64,000 nucleotides of DNA from an uncultured Planctomycetales bacterium (GCA_964483785.1 CAZACW010000003.1:20559-84558), one strand, 5' to 3'. Counted from the stretch's first letter, positions 15,032 to 22,819 are shown. A program made the numbers and translations. Notes: a model not told the origin generated them from the letters alone.

Positions 15032-17084
15032 CTTGATATCCTGAGGCTTGCAAGGTTTGTAAGGTCACCGGCCCCTTGGCCAGGATTTTCCAGGAATTCG
15101 GTATTATACCATAATCCGTCAGGAAATTCCGGACGGTCGAGGGGCTGGTAAAAATGACTCCGTCTATCTTGATCTCGGGCAAAGCGCGCTTGGCCGGCTT
15201 GGTATTTTCATAAATGGTGATTTCCGTGACCTCGGCCCCCTGGGCTTGTAAGGCTTCTTTCAAAAAAGGATTGGGCAGATTTGAGCGCGGCCATAAAATG
15301 GATTTTCCTTTAAGTGTCCATCGCAAAGACATGGCCTTGAACAGGCCTTGCGCGGTTTCTTCCGGAGAGACCAGATCAGCTTCAATGCCGGATTTTTCAA
15401 GCGCCATTTGGGTGCGGCGGCCGATCACTGCAAATTTTTTAGTTTTGAAATCCGTGTTTGGATCAAGGGCCCGTATGGCTTTGATAAAATATTCGCCCGC
15501 ACTCCAGCTGGTGCAGACAATGATCTCGGCCTGCTTAAAACTTTCTTGCAGTGCTTTTGTCTGGGCCTGATTCATGGCCGCAGGCGTGATTTCGATCATG
15601 GGCCAGGACACGATATTCCCCCAGGGTTGATAAGCCTGGGGATGTGTCCCGCAGTGAAGCAGGGTCGGCTTCATTGCAGGTTTATAAAAGTCAATGGTCC
15701 GGCCGGCAAGAATCAGCGCCGGCGGTTTAAGGCCAAGGGCTTTGGCTTCAATGCTCTCAAGGGTGCCTTTGACAATCTGCTCCTTGGCCTTGGTGCCGTT
15801 GGCGATGATCATCATCGGCGTATCCTTGCTCCATCCTGCCTTGCGCAAGGATTGGACGATGGTATTTAATTTGGTCAAGCCCATCAAAAAGACCAGGGTA
15901 TCTGCCTGGGGAAGATGGATGTCCTTGGGATGCTTTTGGTCTTCCTGTTCTTCATGGCCGCTGATAAAGGCCACCGAGGAAGAGATGCCTCTGGCTGTCA
16001 AGGGAATGCCTAAGGCCGAGGGAATGCCGGTGGCAGAACTGACACCGGGAATAATTTCAACTTCAATATGATAGGAGCGCAGATATTGGATCTCATCCGC
16101 TCCCCGGCCGAAAATCAGAGGGTCCCCGCCTTTTAAGCGCACCACATTTTTGCCGGCCATGGCCTTCATTTTAAGCATCCGCGAAAGTTCTTCCTGGGGC
16201 AGCGCCTGCTCACCCTTGCGTTTACCCGCGTAGATGGTTTCAGCTTGAGGCGCGAATTTGAGAAGTTCGGGATCAACCAGATAATCATAGAAAACACAAT
16301 CAGCCGTTTTTAGCGCGTCCACCCCTTTAAGGGTGATCAGGCGGCTGTCCCCTGGCCCGGCACCGACCAGGCTGACCTTGCCGTAATGCCGCCGCACATC
16401 AATGTCCTGAAATAAAACTTCCAAATGCAAATCTTTCCTGCGGCCCACCACAGCCAGCTGGCCTTGCAAAGGCATGGCTTCCCAAGGCAAAAAATCCTTG
16501 ATCCGATGCTCGAGTTTAAGGCGTTTGAGCGCGCAGGCAGCCATCACCAGGCCGTCCAGCTTGCCTTCATCTAATAAGAGCAGGCGTTCCTGGATGGTGC
16601 CGCGGATATGGACAATATCCGCATCGGGCCGCATATGCAGGACCTGATGCTGACGCAAGACGCTGCTGGTGCCGATTTTGGCCCCTGGTTTTAAATCCTG
16701 CCAGGCCATGCGGCTGACCCAGGCGTCCCTGCCATCCATGCCCTTGGTCAAGGCAAAAATTTTCAAGCCCTCCGGCATATTTTGCGGCAGGTCCTTGGCG
16801 CTGTGCACGGCCAGATCAGCCTTATTGCCAAGCAGGGCCTGGTCAATGGCGTCGGTAAAAAAATCATCGCGGCTTTCCGTCAAGGGCGTATGCTTGTCTT
16901 TGTCGCCGCTGGTTTCCATGGTGATCAGCTGAAAATCCAAGGCCCTGCCCTGGATTTTAAGCTCCTGGACAATTTCTTCGACCTGGGCCAAGGCCAAGGG
17001 GCTGAAACGGGAAGCGATTCTAATAGGTTGATTCATAGAGGATATTATACAACGTGAGTTCGACATATTGAGAAAGGCATGCAA
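15012..17084 (-). CDS. hemC/cobA/hemD: Trifunctional fusion of porphobilinogen deaminase (domains 1-2 only), uroporphyrinogen-III C-methyltransferase (CobA/SUMT) and uroporphyrinogen-III synthase (HemD). The likely true start is the Met of MNQPIRIASR near 17036.
   Basis: N-terminus IRIASRFSPLALAQ ... GTSSVLR ... LQGQLAVVGRRKD is HemC-like. Middle VSLVGAGPGD ... VRLKGGDPLIFGRGADE ... IPGVSSA is SUMT. C-terminus KKFAVIGRRT ... GVIFTSPSTV is HemD. The HemC part is about 210 aa and stops where the E. coli domain 3 (Cys242 cofactor loop) would begin. Confidence 0.85.
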   Translation of the reverse strand: MHAFLNMSNSRCIISSMNQPIRIASRFSPLALAQVEEIVQELKIQGRALDFQLITMETSGDKDKHTPLTESRDDFFTDAIDQALLGNKADLAVHSAKDLPQNMPEGLKIFALTKGMDGRDAWVSRMAWQDLKPGAKIGTSSVLRQHQVLHMRPDADIVHIRGTIQERLLLLDEGKLDGLVMAACALKRLKLEHRIKDFLPWEAMPLQGQLAVVGRRKDLHLEVLFQDIDVRRHYGKVSLVGAGPGDSRLITLKGVDALKTADCVFYDYLVDPELLKFAPQAETIYAGKRKGEQALPQEELSRMLKMKAMAGKNVVRLKGGDPLIFGRGADEIQYLRSYHIEVEIIPGVSSATGIPSALGIPLTARGISSSVAFISGHEEQEDQKHPKDIHLPQADTLVFLMGLTKLNTIVQSLRKAGWSKDTPMMIIANGTKAKEQIVKGTLESIEAKALGLKPPALILAGRTIDFYKPAMKPTLLHCGTHPQAYQPWGNIVSWPMIEITPAAMNQAQTKALQESFKQAEIIVCTSWSAGEYFIKAIRALDPNTDFKTKKFAVIGRRTQMALEKSGIEADLVSPEETAQGLFKAMSLRWTLKGKSILWPRSNLPNPFLKEALQAQGAEVTEITIYENTKPAKRALPEIKIDGVIFTSPSTVRNFLTDYGIIPNSWKILAKGPVTLQTLQASGYQDAVSLS

Positions 17085-17135
17085 GGATATGTTTTTGATA
17101 AAGCGATGTGCTTTTCCCCCCAGGCGCGCAGAGAC

Positions 17136-17163
17136 CCATCACAACCCCCGGGGGTTGTGATGG
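17136..17163. repeat. 28-bp perfect GC-rich palindrome CCATCACAACCCCCGGGGGTTGTGATGG, copy 1 of 3
   Basis: Read directly. Intergenic, about 50-100 nt upstream of the hemC-fusion start on the minus strand. Near-identical copies lie at 18599-18622 and 47311-47337. Confidence 0.8.
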
Positions 17164-17372
17164 TATCCATGCGTACCGTCGGGTGGCCGAGGGAGGGGCA
17201 TCGCCCGTTGAGCGAGGCTTTTGCGAGCGAAACGGGGATACCCGAGGCCAGGACCCGACGGTCTGCTAAACATGTCCTTGCGTGCCTATAGATAGCGTTA
17301 TGTCGAACTGACGTTATACAAGAATTGGGAGGACACAATACTGAATTCAATCGTCGGGCCTTTAGGAGCCCC

Positions 17373-18566
17373 CTAAGGCGCTACATACTTATCGACCACA
17401 TAGCTTGCGAAAGGCAGGGAACAGGTCAGGGCCGGCGAGACAGCATTGAGCACATGGACGCTTTGTCCATCGCCCTCCACCACGAAATCCTGGACCAAAT
17501 TTAAAGTTGTGCGGTTAAGCAATTGGGCCCGGATCCCGGGCTTGGTCCAGTCCGTGAAGCCTTCAGGGTCAATGCGCTTGACCATGGATTGGGCCAGGCC
17601 GATGAAATATTTTTTGTCGTATTTGCGCATTTCTTCATGGGCCAGGGCGCGGAAATTAAAGGCATTGCTTGCGTACAGCTTGGTTTCGTAGAAAAGCACT
17701 TCGGACATTTCTTTAAAATCGAATCCGTGCCGGATATCGTAATTTTCGCGCCAAAACGCCGGGATCGCGGTGGGGCCGATTTTAATGTCGCCATTGACGG
17801 TCTTGGTAAAATGCACGCCTAAAAAAGGGTTTTTTAAATTTGGGACCGGATAAACATGGACGGAAACATCGTCCTTATTTTTAGTGTATTTCAGATAAAG
17901 GCCTTTGAAAGGGACCATGGTGTAACGTTTTCCAAATCCGAAATCCTGGGCCACCTTGTCCGCGTAAAGCCCGGCGCAATTGATGATCTTATCGCCCAAG
18001 AAATCGCCTTGCCGGGTATGGATGAGATTACGGGTATGTCCCAAATATTTGGTATTGAATGAGAATTCCACATCCTTTTGCATTAAATCCTCTTTGAGGC
18101 TGGCGCAGACCTGCACAGGGTCAATGCTGGCCGTATCCGGGGAATACAAGGCCTGCTTAAAGGTTTTGACATTAGGGTCTATGGCTGACACCTCTTCTTC
18201 TGTGATCAACCGCACATTGGAACCATTGGCCTTGCCCCGGCGCAAAAGCTCCTGCAGTTGGGACAATTCTTCCTCATTTTGGGCGACCACTAATTTTCCG
18301 CACGCATTCAGGCTCAAGCCCTTGGATTGCACATAGGCCCGCAGGGCCTTGTTGCCTTCCACGGTGAATCTGGCTTTCAGGGAATCAGCCGTATAATAAA
18401 AACCGGCGTGCAGAACACCGCTGTTGCGGCCTGAGGCATGCATGGCCTGGGCCTCTTCTTTGTCCAGAATGAGGATTTTGGCCATGGGCTTGCGCGCCTT
18501 AAGGGCACGCGCCATGGCCAGTCCTATGATGCCGGAACCAATGATGATAAAATCATAATTTTTCAT
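17373..18566 (-). CDS. FAD-dependent oxidoreductase, L-2-hydroxyglutarate oxidase (LhgO/YgaF)-like
   Basis: N-terminal MKNYDFIIIGSGIIGLAMARAL dinucleotide-binding motif. RNSGVLHAGFYY and overall collinearity with the LhgO family as recalled. The ORF track starts at 18605 inside the palindrome. Start at 18566 is more plausible. Confidence 0.65.
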   Translation of the reverse strand: MKNYDFIIIGSGIIGLAMARALKARKPMAKILILDKEEAQAMHASGRNSGVLHAGFYYTADSLKARFTVEGNKALRAYVQSKGLSLNACGKLVVAQNEEELSQLQELLRRGKANGSNVRLITEEEVSAIDPNVKTFKQALYSPDTASIDPVQVCASLKEDLMQKDVEFSFNTKYLGHTRNLIHTRQGDFLGDKIINCAGLYADKVAQDFGFGKRYTMVPFKGLYLKYTKNKDDVSVHVYPVPNLKNPFLGVHFTKTVNGDIKIGPTAIPAFWRENYDIRHGFDFKEMSEVLFYETKLYASNAFNFRALAHEEMRKYDKKYFIGLAQSMVKRIDPEGFTDWTKPGIRAQLLNRTTLNLVQDFVVEGDGQSVHVLNAVSPALTCSLPFASYVVDKYVAP

Positions 18567-18598
18567 ATGTGAGGTTAATTTTGCTAAAATAACGTCGA

Positions 18599-18622
18599 CC
18601 ATCACAACCCCGGGGGTTGTGG
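18599..18622. repeat. Palindrome copy 2 (CCATCACAACCCCGGGGGTTGTGG, right arm degenerate)
   Basis: Read directly. It lies in the divergent region between the LhgO-like gene (minus) and the plus-strand small-protein gene. Confidence 0.75.
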
Positions 18623-18668
18623 AGGTTAAAATGAGAAAACAAATTATATCATTAAGAGGGAGGATTCG

Positions 18669-18944
18669 ATGAATAAATTAACTTTTGGCTTAAGTTCGAT
18701 CATCGTGGCCCTGAGTTTTTGTTTGGGGACTGCCATCAACAGCCGGGCCCAGGACAAAAGCTTCTCAGGCGTTATACCCTTTGTGACCAGCAATGACCGG
18801 GTCGGGTTTTTAGACCAAAACAACGGCAAGGTCTATGTCTATGACAATAATCTGGGATCGTGCGTGTTCACCGGCCAGATCCAAACCCTGGGGGCACCGA
18901 TCCAAGTGATATCTTCACCTGCGGTAAACACCGTCAATCCATGA
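18669..18944 (+). CDS. Small secreted protein (signal peptide, cleavage around SRA-QD), hypothetical
   Basis: 91 aa with a strong SD (GAGGGAGG) 6 nt upstream. The stop TGA overlaps the ATG of the next gene (ATGA). One of only two plus-strand genes in the window. Confidence 0.5.
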   Translation: MNKLTFGLSSIIVALSFCLGTAINSRAQDKSFSGVIPFVTSNDRVGFLDQNNGKVYVYDNNLGSCVFTGQIQTLGAPIQVISSPAVNTVNP

Positions 18945-19168
18945 GCCGCAAACATCCCTTTACCATGCGGGTCAAGCCGGGCCGTTACGTTTGGTGCAGC
19001 TGCGTTGAATCCAAGCGACTGCCTTTTTGCGACGGGTCCCATGTCCGGACCGGCAGTACGCCGATGTTTGTCGAGATCACGCAAGAGCAGGAAGTTTCCT
19101 GGTGCGGCTGTAAGATGAGCGCCAAAAAACCGTTTTGCGACGGGACCCACGAACGCGCGGGATCATAG
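18941..19168 (+). CDS. CDGSH iron-sulfur domain protein (two CDGSH-type motifs)
   Basis: From ATG 18941 the sequence is MSRKHPF ... CSCVESKRLPFCDGSHV ... CGCKMSAKKPFCDGTHE. That gives two C-x-C-x(n)-CDG(S/T)H motifs, about 75 aa. It is translationally coupled to the upstream gene. Confidence 0.65.
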   Translation: MSRKHPFTMRVKPGRYVWCSCVESKRLPFCDGSHVRTGSTPMFVEITQEQEVSWCGCKMSAKKPFCDGTHERAGS

Positions 19169-20134
19169 CAGGCTGTGGGCGGTTGATGAGGCAATGTCTT
19201 TAAGGGCTTTAAGCAATTGCCGGCCGTGGGTGTTCAGGCGGCTGTGGGTGCTGCGGGTAGAAAGATTCATCACTCCTAAAATTTCTTTGTTGTTTCTGAT
19301 GATGGGCACAATCAGCGCACATTTTAATTCCGGCTTAATCATCAAATGACGGATGCGGTTATTTTGACCTTGGGCCTGGACCATCATCGGCTTTTTGCTT
19401 TGGGCCGCCAAACCTGCGATACCCTCCCCTAATTTGATGCCCACGCCCTGGGCCTTGCCCAGATTCATGCCCTTGACCATTTGAACATTCAGCTCATCCG
19501 TGCGTTTGTTAAACACCATCAGCGACCCGCATTCAGCCTGGGTCAAGGCCATGGACAATTCCAATAAATTTTTGAACACGGATAAGGACGCCGGGGATGG
19601 TTTGAAGGCAGTGACAGGCGCATCGGTTTCCTTGGACATGATCCTTAAGGCATACTGGGACAATTCCGCAAAAAGATCGAGCATGGATTTCAAGCCGTTA
19701 AAGGTCACGGCCCTGATCTCATTTAAAGAAGCCAGAAATTCCGCGGGATCAGCCCCAAGATCTTGGGCCATGGCCTTGTATTGGGCATGTTCCAAGGGTT
19801 TGTTGATGATCACCGGGCCTATAATCAAATAGGCCAAATGGTCCAGGCCGGCCGCGGCCATGGGAACAGCGAAATAATGCAGGCCAAGCTGGTCCGCGGC
19901 CTTTAAATAAGGGCCCTCTTTTTGGAATTGGGAAAGAAAACCGGATCCTCCAAGGCCCTGAAAAGCGCCCCAGCGCAAGGCCGCCTGTATGCCGTGGCCG
20001 CTGTTTTGCGGTGCTAAGATCGGCCTGCCTTCAGAGTCCGTCATCATGATATGGATGCGCAGCACATCCATAAAATTCACAAGGATCTGGCCTAATTGGG
20101 GACTGGCCTGGATTTTATCAATGATCATTTTCAT
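19163..20134 (-). CDS. GAF-domain protein (C-terminal GAF, N-terminal uncharacterised sensor-like domain). Last gene of the HK-RR-GAF operon.
   Basis: 323 aa. The C-terminal LGEGIAGLAAQSKKPMMV ... ILGVMNLS is GAF-like. Its start overlaps the end of the response-regulator gene by 17 nt. Confidence 0.55.
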   Translation of the reverse strand: MKMIIDKIQASPQLGQILVNFMDVLRIHIMMTDSEGRPILAPQNSGHGIQAALRWGAFQGLGGSGFLSQFQKEGPYLKAADQLGLHYFAVPMAAAGLDHLAYLIIGPVIINKPLEHAQYKAMAQDLGADPAEFLASLNEIRAVTFNGLKSMLDLFAELSQYALRIMSKETDAPVTAFKPSPASLSVFKNLLELSMALTQAECGSLMVFNKRTDELNVQMVKGMNLGKAQGVGIKLGEGIAGLAAQSKKPMMVQAQGQNNRIRHLMIKPELKCALIVPIIRNNKEILGVMNLSTRSTHSRLNTHGRQLLKALKDIASSTAHSLL

Positions 20135-21503
20135 CGGTCAGCGGTATCCCGTATTTTTTCATATTATTGTAAAGCGTGGTGCGGTTGATCCCCAGTTTTT
20201 GCGCGGTCTTGCTGCGGTTGCCATGGCAGTCTTTCAAGGCCTTAAGAATAATGTCCTTGGCCGGACCCTTTAATCCTTCCTGAAGTGATTTAGGCTCAGC
20301 CTTGATTTTGCTGTTGACGAAATTTTTAGGTAAATCTTCCTTGCCGATCATTTTCTTTTTGGCGATAATGGCCGCCCCTTCAATGACGTTTTCCAATTGG
20401 CGCACATTGCCGGGCCAGGCATGGGTCTCAAACAAGGCCTGGACTTCCTCATCAATGCCGGTGATGCTTTTATGGTTTTTGTGGTTGGAGGCTTCGATGA
20501 AATGCTTGACCAGCAGGGAAATATCTTCCCGGCGCTCCCTTAAAGGAGGCATGTGCAAAGGCAGGACATGGATGCGGTAATACAGGTCTTCCCGGAAAGA
20601 GCCTTCTTCAACGAGCTGTTCTAAGTCCTGATTGGAAGCCACGATGACCCGGGCATTGGTCTTTAACGTCTGGGTGTCCCCCACCCTTTCAAAACCGCCG
20701 TCCTGCAGAATGCGCAGCAATTTCACCTGCAGATTGGGCGAACAGGAATTGATTTCATCTAAGAAGATGGTGCCGTTTTGGGCCATTTCAAAGCGGCCTT
20801 TTTTGTCCTTGATGGCGCCGGTAAAGGCCCCTTTGACATGGCCGAACAATTCGCTCTCCAGCAAGGTCTCGGAGAGGGCGCCGCAGCTGACCTCCACAAA
20901 GGGCATGCGGCGGCGTTTGGAGTCATTGTCGTGCACAGCCCTGGCTGCCAGGCCCTTGCCCGTGCCGCTTTCTCCGGTGATCATGATGGTCGCGTTGGTA
21001 TCAGCGACGGATTCGATAAGGCTGTACACCGATTGGATGGCACTGCTGCGGCCGATCATGCCGAAAAAAGAGCCGGCCTTGGCCTTGGGGCCGTGCTGAC
21101 GCAGCTGCTGGCTTTCCTGCAGCAGGCGCTTCTTCTCGATGATTTTGGCCATCAGGTCCTTGACCTGGTCATCCACGATCGGCTTGGTGATGTAATCAAA
21201 GGCGCCCATTTTCATGGCTTCCACCGCCGAAGCGATGCTGCCGTAGCCGGTGATCAGGACCACCTCGGTCAAGGGCGAGGTCTTCTTAATGAAGGCCAAA
21301 AGGTCAAGCCCGCTTTTATCCGGCAATTTCATGTCCGTCATAACAATGTCAAAGGAGCGCTGGGCCGCAAGATGCGAAGCTTCCTGGACGCTGGAGGCCA
21401 TGGCCGCGTCAAAGCCCGCGATCTTCATGGTTTCATACAAGGACTTGCGGATCAAAGGCTCATCATCGACGATCAGGATGGAGTAGGGGTTTAGGCTCAT
21501 CAT
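20118..21503 (-). CDS. Sigma-54-dependent response regulator, NtrC family (REC + AAA+ sigma-54 activator + Fis-type HTH). PrsR-like by context.
   Basis: REC domain (ILIVDDE ... D ... K). Walker A GESGTGKG, GAFTGA sigma-54 contact motif, ESELFGH, and a C-terminal HTH RSKTAQKLGINRTTLYNNMKKYGI. Confidence 0.9.
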   Translation of the reverse strand: MMSLNPYSILIVDDEPLIRKSLYETMKIAGFDAAMASSVQEASHLAAQRSFDIVMTDMKLPDKSGLDLLAFIKKTSPLTEVVLITGYGSIASAVEAMKMGAFDYITKPIVDDQVKDLMAKIIEKKRLLQESQQLRQHGPKAKAGSFFGMIGRSSAIQSVYSLIESVADTNATIMITGESGTGKGLAARAVHDNDSKRRRMPFVEVSCGALSETLLESELFGHVKGAFTGAIKDKKGRFEMAQNGTIFLDEINSCSPNLQVKLLRILQDGGFERVGDTQTLKTNARVIVASNQDLEQLVEEGSFREDLYYRIHVLPLHMPPLRERREDISLLVKHFIEASNHKNHKSITGIDEEVQALFETHAWPGNVRQLENVIEGAAIIAKKKMIGKEDLPKNFVNSKIKAEPKSLQEGLKGPAKDIILKALKDCHGNRSKTAQKLGINRTTLYNNMKKYGIPLTDENDH

Positions 21504-22756
21504 GGGGCCTCGGCCAGGGGCAGTTTGATGCTGAAGGTCGTCCCTTCCTTCAAACGGCTTTTGACCTTGATTTTTCCATTATACAATTTGACGATTTCAT
21601 TGACCACGGTCAAGCCTAAGCCGCAGCCTTTGTCAATGTCCTTGGTGGTAAAAAACGGCTCGAAAATTTTGTCTAAATCAGCGGCCGTGATGCCGTGCCC
21701 GGTATCGGTGATGGCAATTTTGATAAACCCGTCTTCCGTCAGGGTGCGGATTTCGATGCAGCCGTTTTTGTCAATGGCATCAATGGCGTTTTTGATCAAA
21801 TTGCTGAAAACGCGCTCCAGGCCCCAGTCCGTTATTTCAGGGACATTGTGCGCGAAATGCTTGACGAGCTTGATGTTTTTGGCGGCCAGGTACGGATAAA
21901 GTTCCTTAAGGGCACCCTCGATGGTTTTATGGATATCGGCCTTGCGGGCGCTTTCAGGGGATTGGCGCGCGCAGGCCAGCAGGTTTTTGACGATATTGGC
22001 CATGCGTTTAAGGCCCATCTGCACCTCGGTCAAGTATTCTTTTAAGACCTCATCGTTTTGAGCGTGAGACATGCACAGATGATTGTAGCGCATCACCCCG
22101 TCTAAAGGATTGTTGAATTCATGGGCGATCCCTCCTGCCAATTTGCCGAGGGAGACCAGCCGCTCCTGCGATTCGATCTGCTTTTTCAATCCGCTGGTCT
22201 CCTCGCGGGCATGGCCCAATTGATGGGCCATCACGATGCGCTGATAATTAAGCGCAATTTGGTTCGACAAAAAATCCAACAGCTGGTGTTCCCGGTGGGT
22301 AAATGGTTTGGGAGGATTTTTGGCGTAAATGTGCACACTGCCCGTCAGCTTGTCCTTGATCATCAAGGGCGAAGCTATCGCGGTTTTGCTTCTATAGCCT
22401 TTGCCCGGGCCTAAGGTTTTAAGCAATTCCTCTTGATCGTTGTCTTTAAGGCCCACCGAGGCCTTAAGAAGCATCTGGTGGGTCTGGGGATCCAGCAGAA
22501 AAATGGCCCCGCGCCGGGCCTTGAAGACCGGCAAGGTGCTTTGTAAGGCGTCTTTGAAAAGATGCTGGGTGTCGATGGATTCTGAACACAGCACACAGAC
22601 CGCATTGATTTTTTCAAGAAGATTCGACAGCGGAGACGGCGCTTTGTGCTTTTTGAGGGGCATAATCCTGGCTGAGGCAGTCAATGTGTCTATCATATTA
22701 TCGTCAAATGAAAGGATCGTCAAACATCGAATGCATAAAAAAAGCAGACCTTTCAC
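21500..22756 (-). CDS. Cytoplasmic sensor histidine kinase with GAF domain (HisKA + HATPase_c). The GTG start at 22756 is doubtful. ATG at 22696 is more likely.
   Basis: H-box LAGGIAHEFNNPL. N-box and G-boxes NLIKNAIDA ... DTGHGI ... GLGLTVV. No TM segments. Overlaps the RR gene by 4 nt. Confidence 0.85.
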   Translation of the reverse strand: MKGLLFLCIRCLTILSFDDNMIDTLTASARIMPLKKHKAPSPLSNLLEKINAVCVLCSESIDTQHLFKDALQSTLPVFKARRGAIFLLDPQTHQMLLKASVGLKDNDQEELLKTLGPGKGYRSKTAIASPLMIKDKLTGSVHIYAKNPPKPFTHREHQLLDFLSNQIALNYQRIVMAHQLGHAREETSGLKKQIESQERLVSLGKLAGGIAHEFNNPLDGVMRYNHLCMSHAQNDEVLKEYLTEVQMGLKRMANIVKNLLACARQSPESARKADIHKTIEGALKELYPYLAAKNIKLVKHFAHNVPEITDWGLERVFSNLIKNAIDAIDKNGCIEIRTLTEDGFIKIAITDTGHGITAADLDKIFEPFFTTKDIDKGCGLGLTVVNEIVKLYNGKIKVKSRLKEGTTFSIKLPLAEAP

Positions 22757-22768
22757 AAGGACTGCTTT
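22737..22768 (-). terminator. Putative intrinsic terminator or attenuator between the sugar-transferase gene and the histidine-kinase gene
   Basis: Minus-strand RNA is AAAGCAG(U)CC-UUGUGAAA-GG(U)CUGCUUU followed by UUUUUUU. It ends at the GTG/ATG region of the kinase ORF. Confidence 0.35.
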
Positions 22769-22819
22769 GCATCACAGGTCTATAGGGTAAAATCAGGGGT
22801 TGTGTAGTGTATTAAAGGG

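Noticed and set aside
15348-15869. 173-aa and neighbouring plus-strand ORFs (15214-16071)
   Set aside because: Antisense to the hemC'-cobA-hemD fusion, Arg/Gly-rich and low complexity.
17045-17350. 101-aa minus and 70-aa plus ORFs in the hem-operon upstream gap
   Set aside because: Overlapping, Arg/Pro-rich, with no RBS. The region is better explained as a structured non-coding leader containing the palindrome.
20778-21494. 238-aa plus-strand ORF
   Set aside because: Entirely antisense to the well-supported sigma-54 regulator gene. High-GC antisense frames often stay open. No motifs.
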